A DNA stretch of 63,943 nt, filler included, from Octopus bimaculoides (Eukaryota): the NCBI RefSeq assembly GCF_001194135.2. It is 6 parts of 6 records of this genome, joined end to end, with 100 filler letters (N's around TTAATTAATTAA, not from the genome) between each part and the next. Parts side by side here need not be neighbours in the genome. Positions count along the whole stretch, not along the records: positions 1 to 16,215 come from NC_068982.1; positions 16,316 to 38,699 come from NC_068999.1; 4 more parts are not named here. One strand, 5' to 3'. Below the pieces are notes generated by a model, which was given only the letters and a program-made list of their open reading frames with translations, did not search any database and was not told where the DNA came from. Below, in pieces: positions 13,058 to 24,300 of the stretch. The first letter of the stretch is position 1. The number at the start of each line of letters is the position of its first letter. A program made the position numbers and the translations under genes.

Positions 13058-14009
13058 NNNNNNNNNNNNNNNNNNNNNNNNNNNNNNNNNNNNNNNNNNN
13101 NNNNNNNNNNNNNNNNNNNNNNNNNNNNNNNNNNNNNNNNNNNNNNNNNNNNNNNNNNNNNNNNNNNNNNNNNNNNNNNNNNNNNNNNNNNNNNNNNNNN
13201 NNNNNNNNNNNNNNNNNNNNNNNNNNNNNNNNNNNNNNNNNNNNNNNNNNNNNNNNNNNNNNNNNNNNNNNNNNNNNNNNNNNNNNNNNNNNNNNNNNNN
13301 NNNNNNNNNNNNNNNNNNNNNNNNNNNNNNNNNNNNNNNNNNNNNNNNNNNNNNNNNNNNNNNNNNNNNNNNNNNNNNNNNNNNNNNNNNNNNNNNNNNN
13401 NNNNNNNNNNNNNNNNNNNNNNNNNNNNNNNNNNNNNNNNNNNNNNNNNNNNNNNNNNNNNNNNNNNNNNNNNNNNNNNNNNNNNNNNNNNNNNNNNNNN
13501 NNNNNNNNNNNNNNNNNNNNNNNNNNNNNNNNNNNNNNNNNNNNNNNNNNNNNNNNNNNNNNNNNNNNNNNNNNNNNNNNNNNNNNNNNNNNNNNNNNNN
13601 NNNNNNNNNNNNACACAAAGATTCGCGCAAAGACACACGTACACATACATGCATAAAAACACTCCCACACGTCCACACTCACACAAACACTCACGCATAC
13701 ACACGCACACAATAATCATTTATTCAACTATCTCCATTCCTAATGTCACCTCTCTCACCTCCTCTCATCTCTCGACCTCATCAGCATCAATTGTTCCATT
13801 CAAATCAACCATCCAAACCATTATACAACAACAACAATGGTCTCCATCCAGTCAGCTACCACCACTGCTCTACATTGTTAATATTGCAACTATTTCATTG
13901 CACTGATTCCCCTGTCTTCCATTTTGTGATCTTTCCGTTTAGATATATCAGCAACTGACTGGAGATAAGCAAAGTTTTATACTCATCAGTACCTCTCTAG
14001 TGTTATATG

Positions 14010-14077
<68 letters not shown>

Positions 14078-14082
14078 CTGCC

Positions 14083-14144
<62 letters not shown>

Positions 14145-14296
14145 TCTCTATCTATCTATCTACGATAGCCTGCCTGCCTGCCTGCATGTCTGTCTGTCTG
14201 TCTGTGTGCCTGTGTGTCTGTGTGTGTGTGTCTGTGTGTGTCTGTGTGTGTGTCTGTCTGTATTCACACATACATACAATGTCTCTCAGTCTCTCT

Positions 14297-14335
<39 letters not shown>

Positions 14336-15440
14336 GGTACGACGACGATCTCGGGGCGAACCTTGGCGTCGACGAGGAATACCTGACCAGCCTGTTCAGG
14401 ACGACTTTCGGGCCGGGACCTATGGACAACTTCCAGAGATCCCTGGCCTGGCAGTGTTACCGAGAAGCGCTACCCGTTCGAGATAAGCTCTATAGACACG
14501 GCTCGCGAAATGCGGGGCCGACCTGCCCGAGATGCGGTCAGAGCGATGAAACCGTTCTGCACGCACTCGTGCAGTGTCCAACCATTTCGGAGCTGTGGGC
14601 TTATGTCGAACGACTGCTGTCGCGTGTGGGACGAGTCGGTTTATCAACCGAGTCTATCGTCAATATCGTCACGCCTCCTTCCTTTAAACGGGAAGGAAGA
14701 GCNNNNNNNNNNNNNNNNNNNNNNNNNNNNNNNNNNNNNNNNNNNNNNNNNNNNNNNNNNNNNNNNNNNNNNNNNNNNNNNNNNNNNNNNNNNNNNNNNN
14801 NNNNNNNNNNNNNNNNNNNNNNNNNNNNNNNNNNNNNNNNNNNNNNNNNNNNNNNNNNNNNNNNNNNNNNNNNNNNNNNNNNNNNNNNNNNNNNNNNNNN
14901 NNNNNNNNNNNNNNNNNNNNNNNNNNNNNNNNNNNNNNNNNNNNNNNNNNNNNNNNNNNNNNNNNNNNNNNNNNNNNNNNNNNNNNNNNNNNNNNNNNNN
15001 NNNNNNNNNNNNNNNNNNNNNNNNNNNNNNNNNNNNNNNNNNNNNNNNNNNNNNNNNNNNNNNNNNNNNNNNNNNNNNNNNNNNNNNNNNNNNNNNNNNN
15101 NNNNNNNNNNNNNNNNNNNNNNNNNNNNNNNNNNNNNNNNNNNNNNNNNNNNNNNNNNNNNNNNNNNNNNNNNNNNNNNNNNNNNNNNNNNNNNNNNNNN
15201 NNNNNNNNNNNNNNNNNNNNNNNNNNNNNNNNNNNNNNNNNNNNNNNNNNNNNNNNNNNNNNNNNNNNNNNNNNNNNNNNNNNNNNNNNNNNACCCCAAA
15301 CGTTTTGCGATGTTTTTTTTTCATCGTTGTCCCCACTTTTGTTTTTTTTCTGCTTTGTTTTCGCCCCCCTCGAAAAGAAAAAACTCTACATTTGTATTTT
15401 GTCCCCTCTGTGTTGAGCCCTGTGTGGCTAATAAAGAAAC
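14336..15440 (+). mobile_element. 5'-truncated Tx1/L1-clade LINE (ORF2 C-terminus with zinc finger, 3' UTR, polyA signal)
   Basis: Open frame 14336-14702 ...[24 protein letters not shown]...[19 protein letters not shown]...WAYVERLL carries the zf-RVT CCHC motif (14524-14577). After a gap come a T-rich 3' UTR, AATAAA at 15430-15435, and (CTAT)n. Confidence 0.85.
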
Positions 15441-15511
<71 letters not shown>

Positions 15512-15536
15512 CCTACCTACCTACCTACCTACCTAC

Positions 15537-15610
<74 letters not shown>

Positions 15611-16259
15611 GTGTGTGTGTGTATGTGTGTGTGTGTGTGTATGTATTTATATATATATGTATGTAAGTATTGATATATATATATATATATTTATATTTTA
15701 TATTTTAATATTCTTTATATACGTCATTTTATTATTATTATTATATTTAAATAAAAATATTAACACATACGCACACACACAAATAACTAAACATATTTTC
15801 TTCTACTTTGTTGCAGTATCTCAACCGATCAACATATAACTTCCTTAATGTCCTTTGGCCATGATATTTTGCTCTAAATCTTCAAAATACAAACTTATGT
15901 TATTCTATATGTTTGTAATTAGTATTGAGTGTAAATTGAAGTAATTGTAGGCAATGTTAATTAATAAATTAATTAATTTATATTCATTAACAGATGTATA
16001 TGTATATGTATTTATACACAGTTAAAAGGCACGATGCAGTGTTTCTTTTTCTTCATCAACATGTATTACAAATCACAATATATATACCGGAGTTAGACGT
16101 GAACAGTTAGTATCTGGTGGGAAATTTCACGCTTTAGGAGAGATGAAAAACCTCCGTATCATTTTCACCTAATCAAAAAACACGATTTCAAAATGTGACT
16201 GCACATTTTGTCAACNNNNNNNNNNNNNNNNNNNNNNNNNNNNNNNNNNNNNNNNNNNN

Positions 16260-16271
16260 TTAATTAATTAA
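16260..16271. other. Assembly linker TTAATTAATTAA (six-frame stop) inside a 100-nt gap; also at 38744-38755, 51624-51635, 55476-55487 and 62063-62074
   Basis: The same 12-mer is flanked by 44 N on each side at five positions. Confidence 0.95.
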
Positions 16272-16699
16272 NNNNNNNNNNNNNNNNNNNNNNNNNNNNN
16301 NNNNNNNNNNNNNNNACACGTGTAAGAATTTAAGATACCAGTTCATAGAGTACACAGTGGTAAGTGTCTGTATATACGAAGTTAAGGCGTGTGTGGCAGA
16401 GCGATCACTAGTTGTGATGTTAGGGCTTCTATGCCAAGCCGGGCTGGATACAGATGATCTTCGCAGGCTAGGTTCTTGTCTATTATTTATCGTGGTGAAG
16501 ATGAATCACACAAACAGAATCGAAGAGAAGTGCCGCGGTAGTTTGGTTAGCTTGTGTACGTAGAAGTCATGTTGACGCTGGCTGCGACGATGCTGGTAGT
16601 CGTAGAGTCGTGTTGACGCTGGTAGTCGTAGTTGTACGAAGCTGTTGATGTTGTCGCTGGAACTGCTGCTGCTGCTCTGTGTGGTACACGGAACAGGTC

Positions 16700-16980
16700 T
16701 CTAAGAGATCTGAACCGCGACGAATTTTGCCGCTGAATTTAGGGTATTTATAGTTGAAAGTAGGCTCCGATGGAGCATTAGTAAAACACTATCACGTGAC
16801 CTTATTAAGGGCTGTGATTGGTCAGTTTGCGTTCTGGCGGGAACGGTACGAGGCAGTTGCCGCTTCAAATAATAATCAGTCACGTGATGGATACAGTACG
16901 CTGCTCTCTACTACGCCCGAACTTGAATATATTTATAACAGTGGGAGAAGATGGTTTGTTTGTATATAATGGCGATAGGT
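16700..16980. promoter_or_regulatory. Candidate (bidirectional) Pol II promoter
   Basis: CpG-enriched unique sequence. TATAAATA on minus (16745-16752); GTCACGTGA E-boxes at 16792-16800 (minus) and 16879-16887; CCAAT on minus (16817-16821); E2F-like TGGCGGGAA (16835-16843); YY1-like AATGGCG near 16968. Confidence 0.6.
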
Positions 16981-17646
16981 AGTTGCACTATATATATATA
17001 TATCATACTTTGTATTCAAAAGAGATTGTATGTACTCAGTACATCGTGTAGAGTATATATAACTGTATCCTCTGTCGTGCGTCTCCACCTTCCAGTCACT
17101 GCAAATATCACTGGAGCGACATTTGGATATTTCGATCTGGTTATATTTTATGAGCAAACGCGTTAGTTATTACTTGTAGCGGTTAGTTTCTAAATATTAT
17201 TTTAGCTTTGGTGGTGTTTTTTGTTTTTTCGATTTTTAACAGGTTGTCGCCTTCTATTGGCTAATTCATCGATTAGTCTCTGTTAGTCGAGTTGGTTATT
17301 ATATCCGGTTGCTCTAGATTGTTCTTCATTTTCATTATTTGATTACTAAGAGTTGCGTCTTTTATATAATATTGCAGTGTTGTCGCTTTTCATACAATAA
17401 TTCGTCGGTTGTTTTGTCTCTATTAAGTGATTTCGTTATTGTATCCGGTTTTCCTAAAGTGTTATTTTGTTTATCTCTTTATAGACTATATATATATGTA
17501 TGTATATATAAATGTACGTATGTATGTATGTGTGCGTGTGTGCGTATATATAAGTATGCATGTAAATGTATGTTGTATACATATATATAAATGTGTGTTT
17601 ATGTATATGTACGTACGTATGTATGTATCTTGAATGCAGGTGTGTT

Positions 17647-17729
<83 letters not shown>

Positions 17730-19088
17730 ATGTGTTTTCTGCTTGCTATCACTAAATTCTTTGATTTTGTCGTTTTCTGTGCAAAAAGTATCTGAGAGGT
17801 GGTTATGTAAATTTGTTATTCTGTGTTGACATGCTCTATGTATTCAGTATCTCTAAAGTATTCTTTTTATAGCTTAATTCGCATTTCATTTTGTTTCTCT
17901 TGGTCGATCTACGTTGGTATTCTATTGAATTCTATATAACTATCGTTCTACTCATATCCCCTTTGTTATTACCGAATCAGATTTTCCACTTCCTTTATGA
18001 TTTAGATCAATTTGGAAGACGAATTTATTGTGGTGTCAATATTGTTATTGACACCACAAGTAAACATTCGCGTTGTGCAGTTATGTTGTATTTTTCGACG
18101 ATGCATAAGGTCACAGGACAGTTTGCATGATACTACATTAAAAGACACCATCGTTTGTTATTGTGCAGTTTAAATAGGTTTATATGTATCTACACATTGG
18201 TGTATCATATGTGTTCCCGTTTTGAACCAAAGTTCGCTGAAAACGAGTTGTTGCGTTCCTTCTCTATACACTGGAAAACGTATTTGGCTTTGTCCATCCG
18301 ACTTTTGCTCCGATATAGTTTTTATCACTTTTCCCTCTTGTGAGCTTTAGATATCAGGATATCTTGTAATTTATGACTTGGGAAACATGTTTACAGTGTC
18401 TTGTACAACCGCAGTCACATTTTACAATATTCCTATCGCAAACTACGTGATACTTATAAGCGGCTGGATAGTATTTTCAAATTAGTGTCAAGAAGATTTT
18501 TTGTCAAATATGTCGTTGGAGTTAGCCTGATTGGTCGGCTGAACCACATTAATTTACTTTTCCTTGTATTTTTTTCTTTATTTTAAAAGCTTCTGCTAAG
18601 TTGAGTATGAATTCGAATTCTTATTTTGGAAACTTCATTGTAGCATGAAGCAACTTGATTGAATATTGTTTTCTCATAGGATATTGTGAAGATCTGTAGA
18701 TTAATAAAATTTACAATTAGAGTTTTTATTATTTACAGGTGAGTAGNNNNNNNNNNNNNNNNNNNNNNNNNNNNNNNNNNNNNNNNNNNNNNNNNNNNNN
18801 NNNNNNNNNNNNNNNNNNNNNNNNNNNNNNNNNNNNNNNNNNNNNNNNNNNNNNNNNNNNNNNNNNNNNNNNNNNNNNNNNNNNNNNNNNNNNNNNNNNN
18901 NNNNNNNNNNNNNNNNNNNNNNNNNNNNNNNNNNNNNNNNNNNNNNNNNNNNNNNNNNNNNNNNNNNNNNNNNNNNNNNNNNNNNNNNNNNNNNNNNNNN
19001 NNNNNNNNNNNNNNNNNNNNNNNNNNNNNNNNNNNNNNNNNNNNNNNNNNNNNNNNNNNNNNNNNNNNNNNNNNNNNNNNNNNNNNNN

Positions 19089-19135
<47 letters not shown>

Positions 19136-19620
19136 CTAACTTCACTGGGTCTTGTATACGGATGGTGGATTTCGGATAAGTTTTAGTTAGGTCTAGTGTT
19201 GAGCAGATTGGTTTGGGGTATACATATACATATGCTTATATAGATATAGGTATATAAATATGTATGTATATCTATCGATCTACCTATCCAACTAGCTATA
19301 TATGTGTGTGGGTGCAAGTGAATGTGTGTGTGCGCGCGTGTGTTGTCTGCGTGTCTGTCGTGAGTGCGCACGCGCGCGTGTATATGTATATTTTTGCATA
19401 TGTGTGTGTGTGTGTGAATGGCAATAAATCTATTCTTTAGTGTCTTGCTGTTTTTAAGCCGTTATATTAAATTTTATATTTTTTCACATTCACTGAATTC
19501 TTTGATGAACATTCTTTGAACAGACATTGTCTGCTGTATTTGAGAAATCTTATTTCTACTATTTTTATTAAATATACATGGCATACATAAACACAAGCGT
19601 ACTATAATGTGTATGTGTTT

Positions 19621-19790
19621 GCAGGCGTGGCTGTGTGATAAGCTAGCTTCCCAACCACATAGTTCCGAGTTCAGTCCCACTGTGTGACATCTTGGGCAAA
19701 TGTCTTCTACTATAGCCTCGGGCCGACCAAAGCTTTGAGTGGATTTGATAGACAGAAACTGAAAGAAGCCCGTCGTATATGTGTGTGCAC
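19621..19790 (+). mobile_element. SINE family A 5' part
   Basis: gcaggcgtggctgtgtgataagctagcttcccaaccac...gaaagaagcccgtcgtatat. Confidence 0.85.
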
Positions 19791-19806
19791 GTGCGTGTGC
19801 GTGTGG

Positions 19807-19851
<45 letters not shown>

Positions 19852-20840
19852 NNNNNNNNNNNNNNNNNNNNNNNNNNNNNNNNNNNNNNNNNNNNNNNNN
19901 NNNNNNNNNNNNNNNNNNNNNNNNNNNNNNNNNNNNNNNNNNNNNNNNNNNNNNNNNNNNNNNNNNNNNNNNNNNNNNNNNNNNNNNNNNNNNNNNNNNN
20001 NNNNNNNNNNNNNNNNNNNNNNNNNNNNNNNNNNNNNNNNNNNNNNNNNNNNNNNNNNNNNNNNNNNNNNNNNNNNNNNNNNNNNNNNNNNNNNNNNNNN
20101 NNNNNNNNNNNNNNNNNNNNNNNNNNNNNNNNNNNNNNNNNNNNNNNNNNNNNNNNNNNNNNNNNNNNNNNNNNNNNNNNNNNNNNNNNNNNNNNNNNNN
20201 NNNNNNNNNNNNNNNNNNNNNNNNNNNNNNNNNNNNNNNNNNNNNNNNNNNNNNNNNNNNNNNNNNNNNNNNNNNNNNNNNNNNNNNNNNNNNNNNNNNN
20301 NNNNNNNNNNNNNNNNNNNNNNNNNNNNNNNNNNNNNNNNNNNNNNNNNNNNNNNNNNNNNNNNNNNNNNNNNNNNNNNNNNNNNNNNNNNNNNNNNNNN
20401 NNNNNNNNNNNNNNNNNNNNNNNNNNNNNNNNNNNNNNNNNNNNNNNNNNNNNNNNNNNNNNNNNNNNNNNNNNNNNNNNNNNNNNNNNNNNNNNNNNNN
20501 NNNNNNNNNNNNNNNNNNNNNNNNNNNNNNNNNNNNNNNNNNNNNNNNNNNNNNNNNNNNNNNNNNNNNNNNNNNNNNNNNNNNNNNNNNNNNNNNNNNN
20601 NNNNNNNNNNNNNNNNNNNNNNNNNNNNNNNNNNNNNNNNNNNNNNNNNNNNNNNNNNNNNNNNNNNNNNNNNNNNNNNNNNNNNNNNNNNNNNNNNNNN
20701 NNNNNNNNNNNNNNNNNNNNNNNNNNNNNNNNNNNNNNNNNNNNNNNNNNNNNNNNNNNNNNNNNNNNNNNNNNNNNNNNNNNNNNNNNNNNNNNNNNNN
20801 NNNNNNNNNNNNNNNNNNNNNNNNNNNNNNNNNNNNNNNN

Positions 20841-21048
20841 ATATATATAGTAAATCCCAAAAAGAACAAACACAAAAAACAACAACGCGACGACGTGATA
20901 CATGTAATGTATTAGCACACGTTCAGGAAAGGAAAGAAAGATGTTTTAACGTTTCGAGCACACGTTCTTCTTTGGAAACAGAGGAAAGTCCAATAGAAGG
21001 GAAGACGGAGGAAGAAAATCGCCAACGATTCACATGTGGTTATATATA
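20841..21048 (-). mobile_element. PLE pLTR remnant with degenerate minimal hammerhead (20943-20979)
   Basis: Minus: GTTT-CCAAAGA-A-GAAC.GTGT.GCTC-GAAA-CG-TT-AAAAC, with the CUGANGA box mutated. TA runs on both sides. The same family occurs as a short fragment near 4625-4710. Confidence 0.55.
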
Positions 21049-21450
21049 TACAAATTAGCACGAAGCGTAAAGATGAAGAAAATCATCAACCTGCTAGAAA
21101 TAAGGGTCAATGTCTCAATTAAACCACCGTGAAGGTACCAAGAAAAAAGAAATAACAGTAGGCTAGGAAATTGAAAGAATTAATCTATTCAAAAGTACAC
21201 CTCTAAAAGATTATGCTATCTAGGATATCCACATACCCGAGTTTCGGCTTTTGGACATTTAATTCTTGAATCTCTTCAGTGCAGACCACCTGGTAAAAAT
21301 TCAAGTCCGTCACGTTTATTGTCCGTTTTATGTTCATAGATATTTTGGCACTATATGCTGTGTTTTTGGCGCAAAACAAAACAGTACGTTGACTCTTATT
21401 TCTAGCAGGTTGGTGCTTTTCTGCATCCGTACGCTTCGTGCTAATTTGTA
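21049..21450. mobile_element. Fold-back PLE-like module: 65-bp inverted arms with an internal hammerhead motif
   Basis: Arms 21049-21113 and 21386-21450 are reverse complements (tacaaattagcacgaagcgt.../...acgcttcgtgctaatttgta), with TA at both ends. Confidence 0.65.
21228..21285 (-). ncRNA. Type I hammerhead ribozyme-like motif
   Basis: Minus: TCTGCA-CTGAAGA-(stem II degenerate)-GAAA-CTCGGG-TA-TGTGGA. Stem I has 6 bp with two G:U; stem III is near-palindromic; GUA cleavage triplet. Confidence 0.6.
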
Positions 21451-21662
21451 TATTATAGTTAAATAATGCTATTTGCCTGCGAACCACCTATATTGTACCA
21501 TTAATTTTAAATTTTATCCACAGATGATATTAACAATAGTAACATATTATTTCAAAACTTAGTGTTTGAATGCTTGTTATATATATATATATTTCTAATC
21601 ATTCGCAGCTAAATCTACAATTTTTTTTCATTCTCTGTCTCTGTTTATTTTTCTCTTATTCC

Positions 21663-21696
21663 TTTCTGTTGAAGAGCGTAGGCTGGAAACATAAAA
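21663..21696 (+). ncRNA. Degenerate minimal hammerhead-like motif in a PLE pLTR remnant (about 21580-21800)
   Basis: TTT-CTGTTGA-A-GAGC.GTAG.GCTG-GAAA-CA-TA-AAA. Same minimal layout as 20943-20979, with core and stem mismatches. Confidence 0.45.
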
Positions 21697-21914
21697 TACT
21701 TTTTCATTTTCGTGAGCGTCAGAGTAATACACCTGCTTGCTGTTCATATACCCGTCTTCGTCTTTTATTTTTCTATAAATTTCAACTATATATGTATATA
21801 TATTAATAATTAAAAGTGCTACAGGCAGTAGTGAAGGTGAAGGCGGGCAAATGAACAAAATCCCTAAAAATTTGTACCAATGATGAAAACAATCGAAAAT
21901 TGAAAACGCCCGAC

Positions 21915-21977
21915 AAACTCATATCACCGTGATTTCGAACTTTGAGAAAATACCCTTATTTCATCCTCAGCGAGTCT
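21915..21977 (-). ncRNA. Type I hammerhead ribozyme-like motif (left arm)
   Basis: Minus: AGACTCG-CTGAGGA-T-GAA...TTC-GAAA-TCACGGTGA-TA-TGAGTTT. Stem I has 7 bp (two G:U); palindromic stem III TCAC-G-GTGA. Confidence 0.65.
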
Positions 21978-22171
21978 TACTGACCCAGGGTTAAAGAGCT
22001 TGTTCCTCTCAACCAATGTGTGCGATGATGGTTTTTAATGCCTCAGCAAAATTAAAAAAGGTGATCGTTTTTAATAAAAATTTTATAAATATATATAAGG
22101 ATATTATTGTTTTAAAACGGTCATCGCACACATTGGTTGAGATAAACAAGCTCTTTTACCCTGGGTCAGTA

Positions 22172-22234
22172 AAACTCGCTGAGGATGAACTAAGGGTATT
22201 TTCTCAAAATTCGAAATCACGGTGATACAGGTAT
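22172..22234 (+). ncRNA. Hammerhead-like motif (right arm, stem I degenerate)
   Basis: AAACTCG-CTGAGGA-T-GAA...TTC-GAAA-TCACGGTGA-TA-CAGGTAT. The core is intact but the 3' strand of stem I is mutated. Confidence 0.55.
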
Positions 22235-22819
22235 GACAGACTATTTTAATTTTCAATTACTTTCGTCATTGGTACGAAGTCTTGGAGTTTGTTCATTTGC
22301 TCGCTTTCACTTTCGTGTTTAAGTGAAAACTTGTGGTTAGAGTTATGTTGACTGCTATTTTAACATGCTAGTACTGCCTGTGGTATCCTTAATTATTAAT
22401 TAATAATTTTACTTTTATGGCTTTTTACACATGCTAAGCCGCTGATATCATTATAAACATTAATATTCTCATATCAAAATGCATCACTTTAACATGGAAT
22501 TTCTACCCCTTAACCAGGTATAATATCCCAGTTTTTGTGTGATTTTTGCTACCCTGGTAACTATTAACATATTTGCATTATCGAAGTTTTTCAACCAAGA
22601 TAATATTAATATATACATAAATTTAAAAAAATATATATANNNNNNNNNNNNNNNNNNNNNNNNNNNNNNNNNNNNNNNNNNNNNNNNNNNNNNNNNNNNN
22701 NNNNNNNNNNNNNNNNNNNNNNNNNNNNNNNNNNNNNNNNNNNNNNNNNNNNNNNNNNNNNNNNNNNNNNNNNNNNNNNNNNNNNNNTATATATATATAT
22801 ATATTATGTATGTATATAC

Positions 22820-23450
22820 AAATAGGAAATAGTCGCACAAGGTACCTTTTTGCTGGAAATAGCAGTTGACAACTGTTCGACGCTAGGTAAAGCTCCACTG
22901 AATGTATAGAGGCAAAGGTGAGAAATGTACAACCAGTGCTCGAGTGTCGAACTTTTTAGAATACGTTGCTTTATTTCGCTGGAAAATGTTGTATTGTGAT
23001 ATTATTTATATTTTTTATATAAAACTTTTTCATTGATCTCGGTTCTGTTTATGGCTGGGGCTATTGGACAAGTATACAAGCATTGGTGTAGCGGATATTT
23101 TAAATTTAGTCTCTTAGTGTAGACCTAGCTGACGAGGACCAATATGTTTTACGATAACAAACGTATTCTGAAAAGTTCGAAACTCAAGTACTAGGTTATC
23201 CATTTCTCTGACGTTCTCCCTAGAGATAAGACAAAAATTTTCTATATTCGCCGCCCGCACTCATTTTTGACTCTAAATATTTAGTGATGCTTTACCTAGA
23301 GTCGAACTGTTATCGACTGCTATTTCCAGAAAAAATGGCACTTTGTTGTACGACTATTTCCTATTTATAATTCTACCATAACGGCCATAACGGTAGTTTA
23401 TTTCGCTGGAAAATAATATTACTGTATTGTAATAACATTTACATTTTTTC
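22820..23450. mobile_element. PLE-like module with inverted and direct terminal segments between (TA)n tracts
   Basis: Inverted arms 22820-22903 and 23279-23366; direct repeat ttatttcgctggaaa...tgtattgt at about 22971-23010 and 23398-23442; (TA)n at about 22788-22805 and 23466-23484. Confidence 0.65.
23122..23197 (+). ncRNA. Type I hammerhead ribozyme-like motif
   Basis: GACCTAG-CTGACGA-GGAC...GTTC-GAAA-CTCAAG-TA-CTAGGTT. Stem I 7 bp, stem II 4 bp, small near-palindromic stem III, GUA triplet. Confidence 0.7.
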
Positions 23451-23506
23451 TATATATGTATATCAATATATATATATATATATAAAGTTAGATAAGGTCG
23501 GTTTAT

Positions 23507-23567
23507 GGGATTACCCTGGGTTTCACGTCCATAAAGTGCTTAGCTTTACGGCGTATCATCAGATCTC
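23507..23567 (-). ncRNA. Type I hammerhead ribozyme-like motif at the 3' end of the left PLE arm
   Basis: Minus: GAGAT-CTGATGA-T-[ACGCCGTAAAG.CTAAGCA.CTTTATGGACGT]-GAAA-CCCAGGG-TA-ATCCC. Long stem II, palindromic stem III, GUA triplet. Confidence 0.7.
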
Positions 23568-24300
23568 AAAATCTGTTAGCTTAAGGACTCTCTAGTGATT
23601 GGCCATTCTTGAATATGGAGGAGGAAAGGACCTCGCCACTCACTGTCAACAACAGGAGATTGTCTTCTTTTGGCTATCGATCGCAAGTGACACTGCTATC
23701 TTGTAGGTCTCAATAGACCAGCAGGTATTTTCTGAAATGCAAGCACAGTCCGAAGACCTTCGTTCTGGATTTAAGGATGCGCCCCGAGTCGAAGGAGTCC
23801 TTTAGAACTATTGCCCGTTCCGCTATACATAGTTTACAATGCTTGGTCTCATTAATATAGGGGCCTAGATTTTCTAGGATTCTCCAAGCTATAGTGCATG
23901 GAATCCCGTCGTCTTTCCTACCTACAGCTGTTTTTTTTTTTACATTAAGAGAGTGGTAGCAAACCAAATGATATTTCTGCGACCTTTCCTTCTATGGATG
24001 TTGGGGCCGGGCATATAAGAGATGCGGTCCTAATTCCGCTAGCTGGGCCCTAAATGCAAGCGGATTTAGGGACCGCATCTCCTACATGCTGGGCCCTAAC
24101 ATCCGTAGAAGGAAGCGTCGTAGAAATATCATTTAGTTTGCCTCACCCCACCCCACCCACACTTCTAGCTTAATGTAAAATCCTCTGTAGGTAGAATATT
24201 CCTTAAGTTAATAGATGAACATTTCACACGTTCACACACGTACTCACGAATTTTCAACAAGCACAACTTTAGGGTCCCTTTTAACTGTACCCCCAATATT

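Larger units (their letters stand above)
21802..22400. mobile_element. Fold-back PLE-like module: inverted arms of about 250 bp, each with a hammerhead motif reading outward
   Basis: Arms about 21802-22048 and 22108-22400 are reverse complements (the right arm has a short insertion). The spacer is about 60 bp and AT-rich. Confidence 0.75.
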
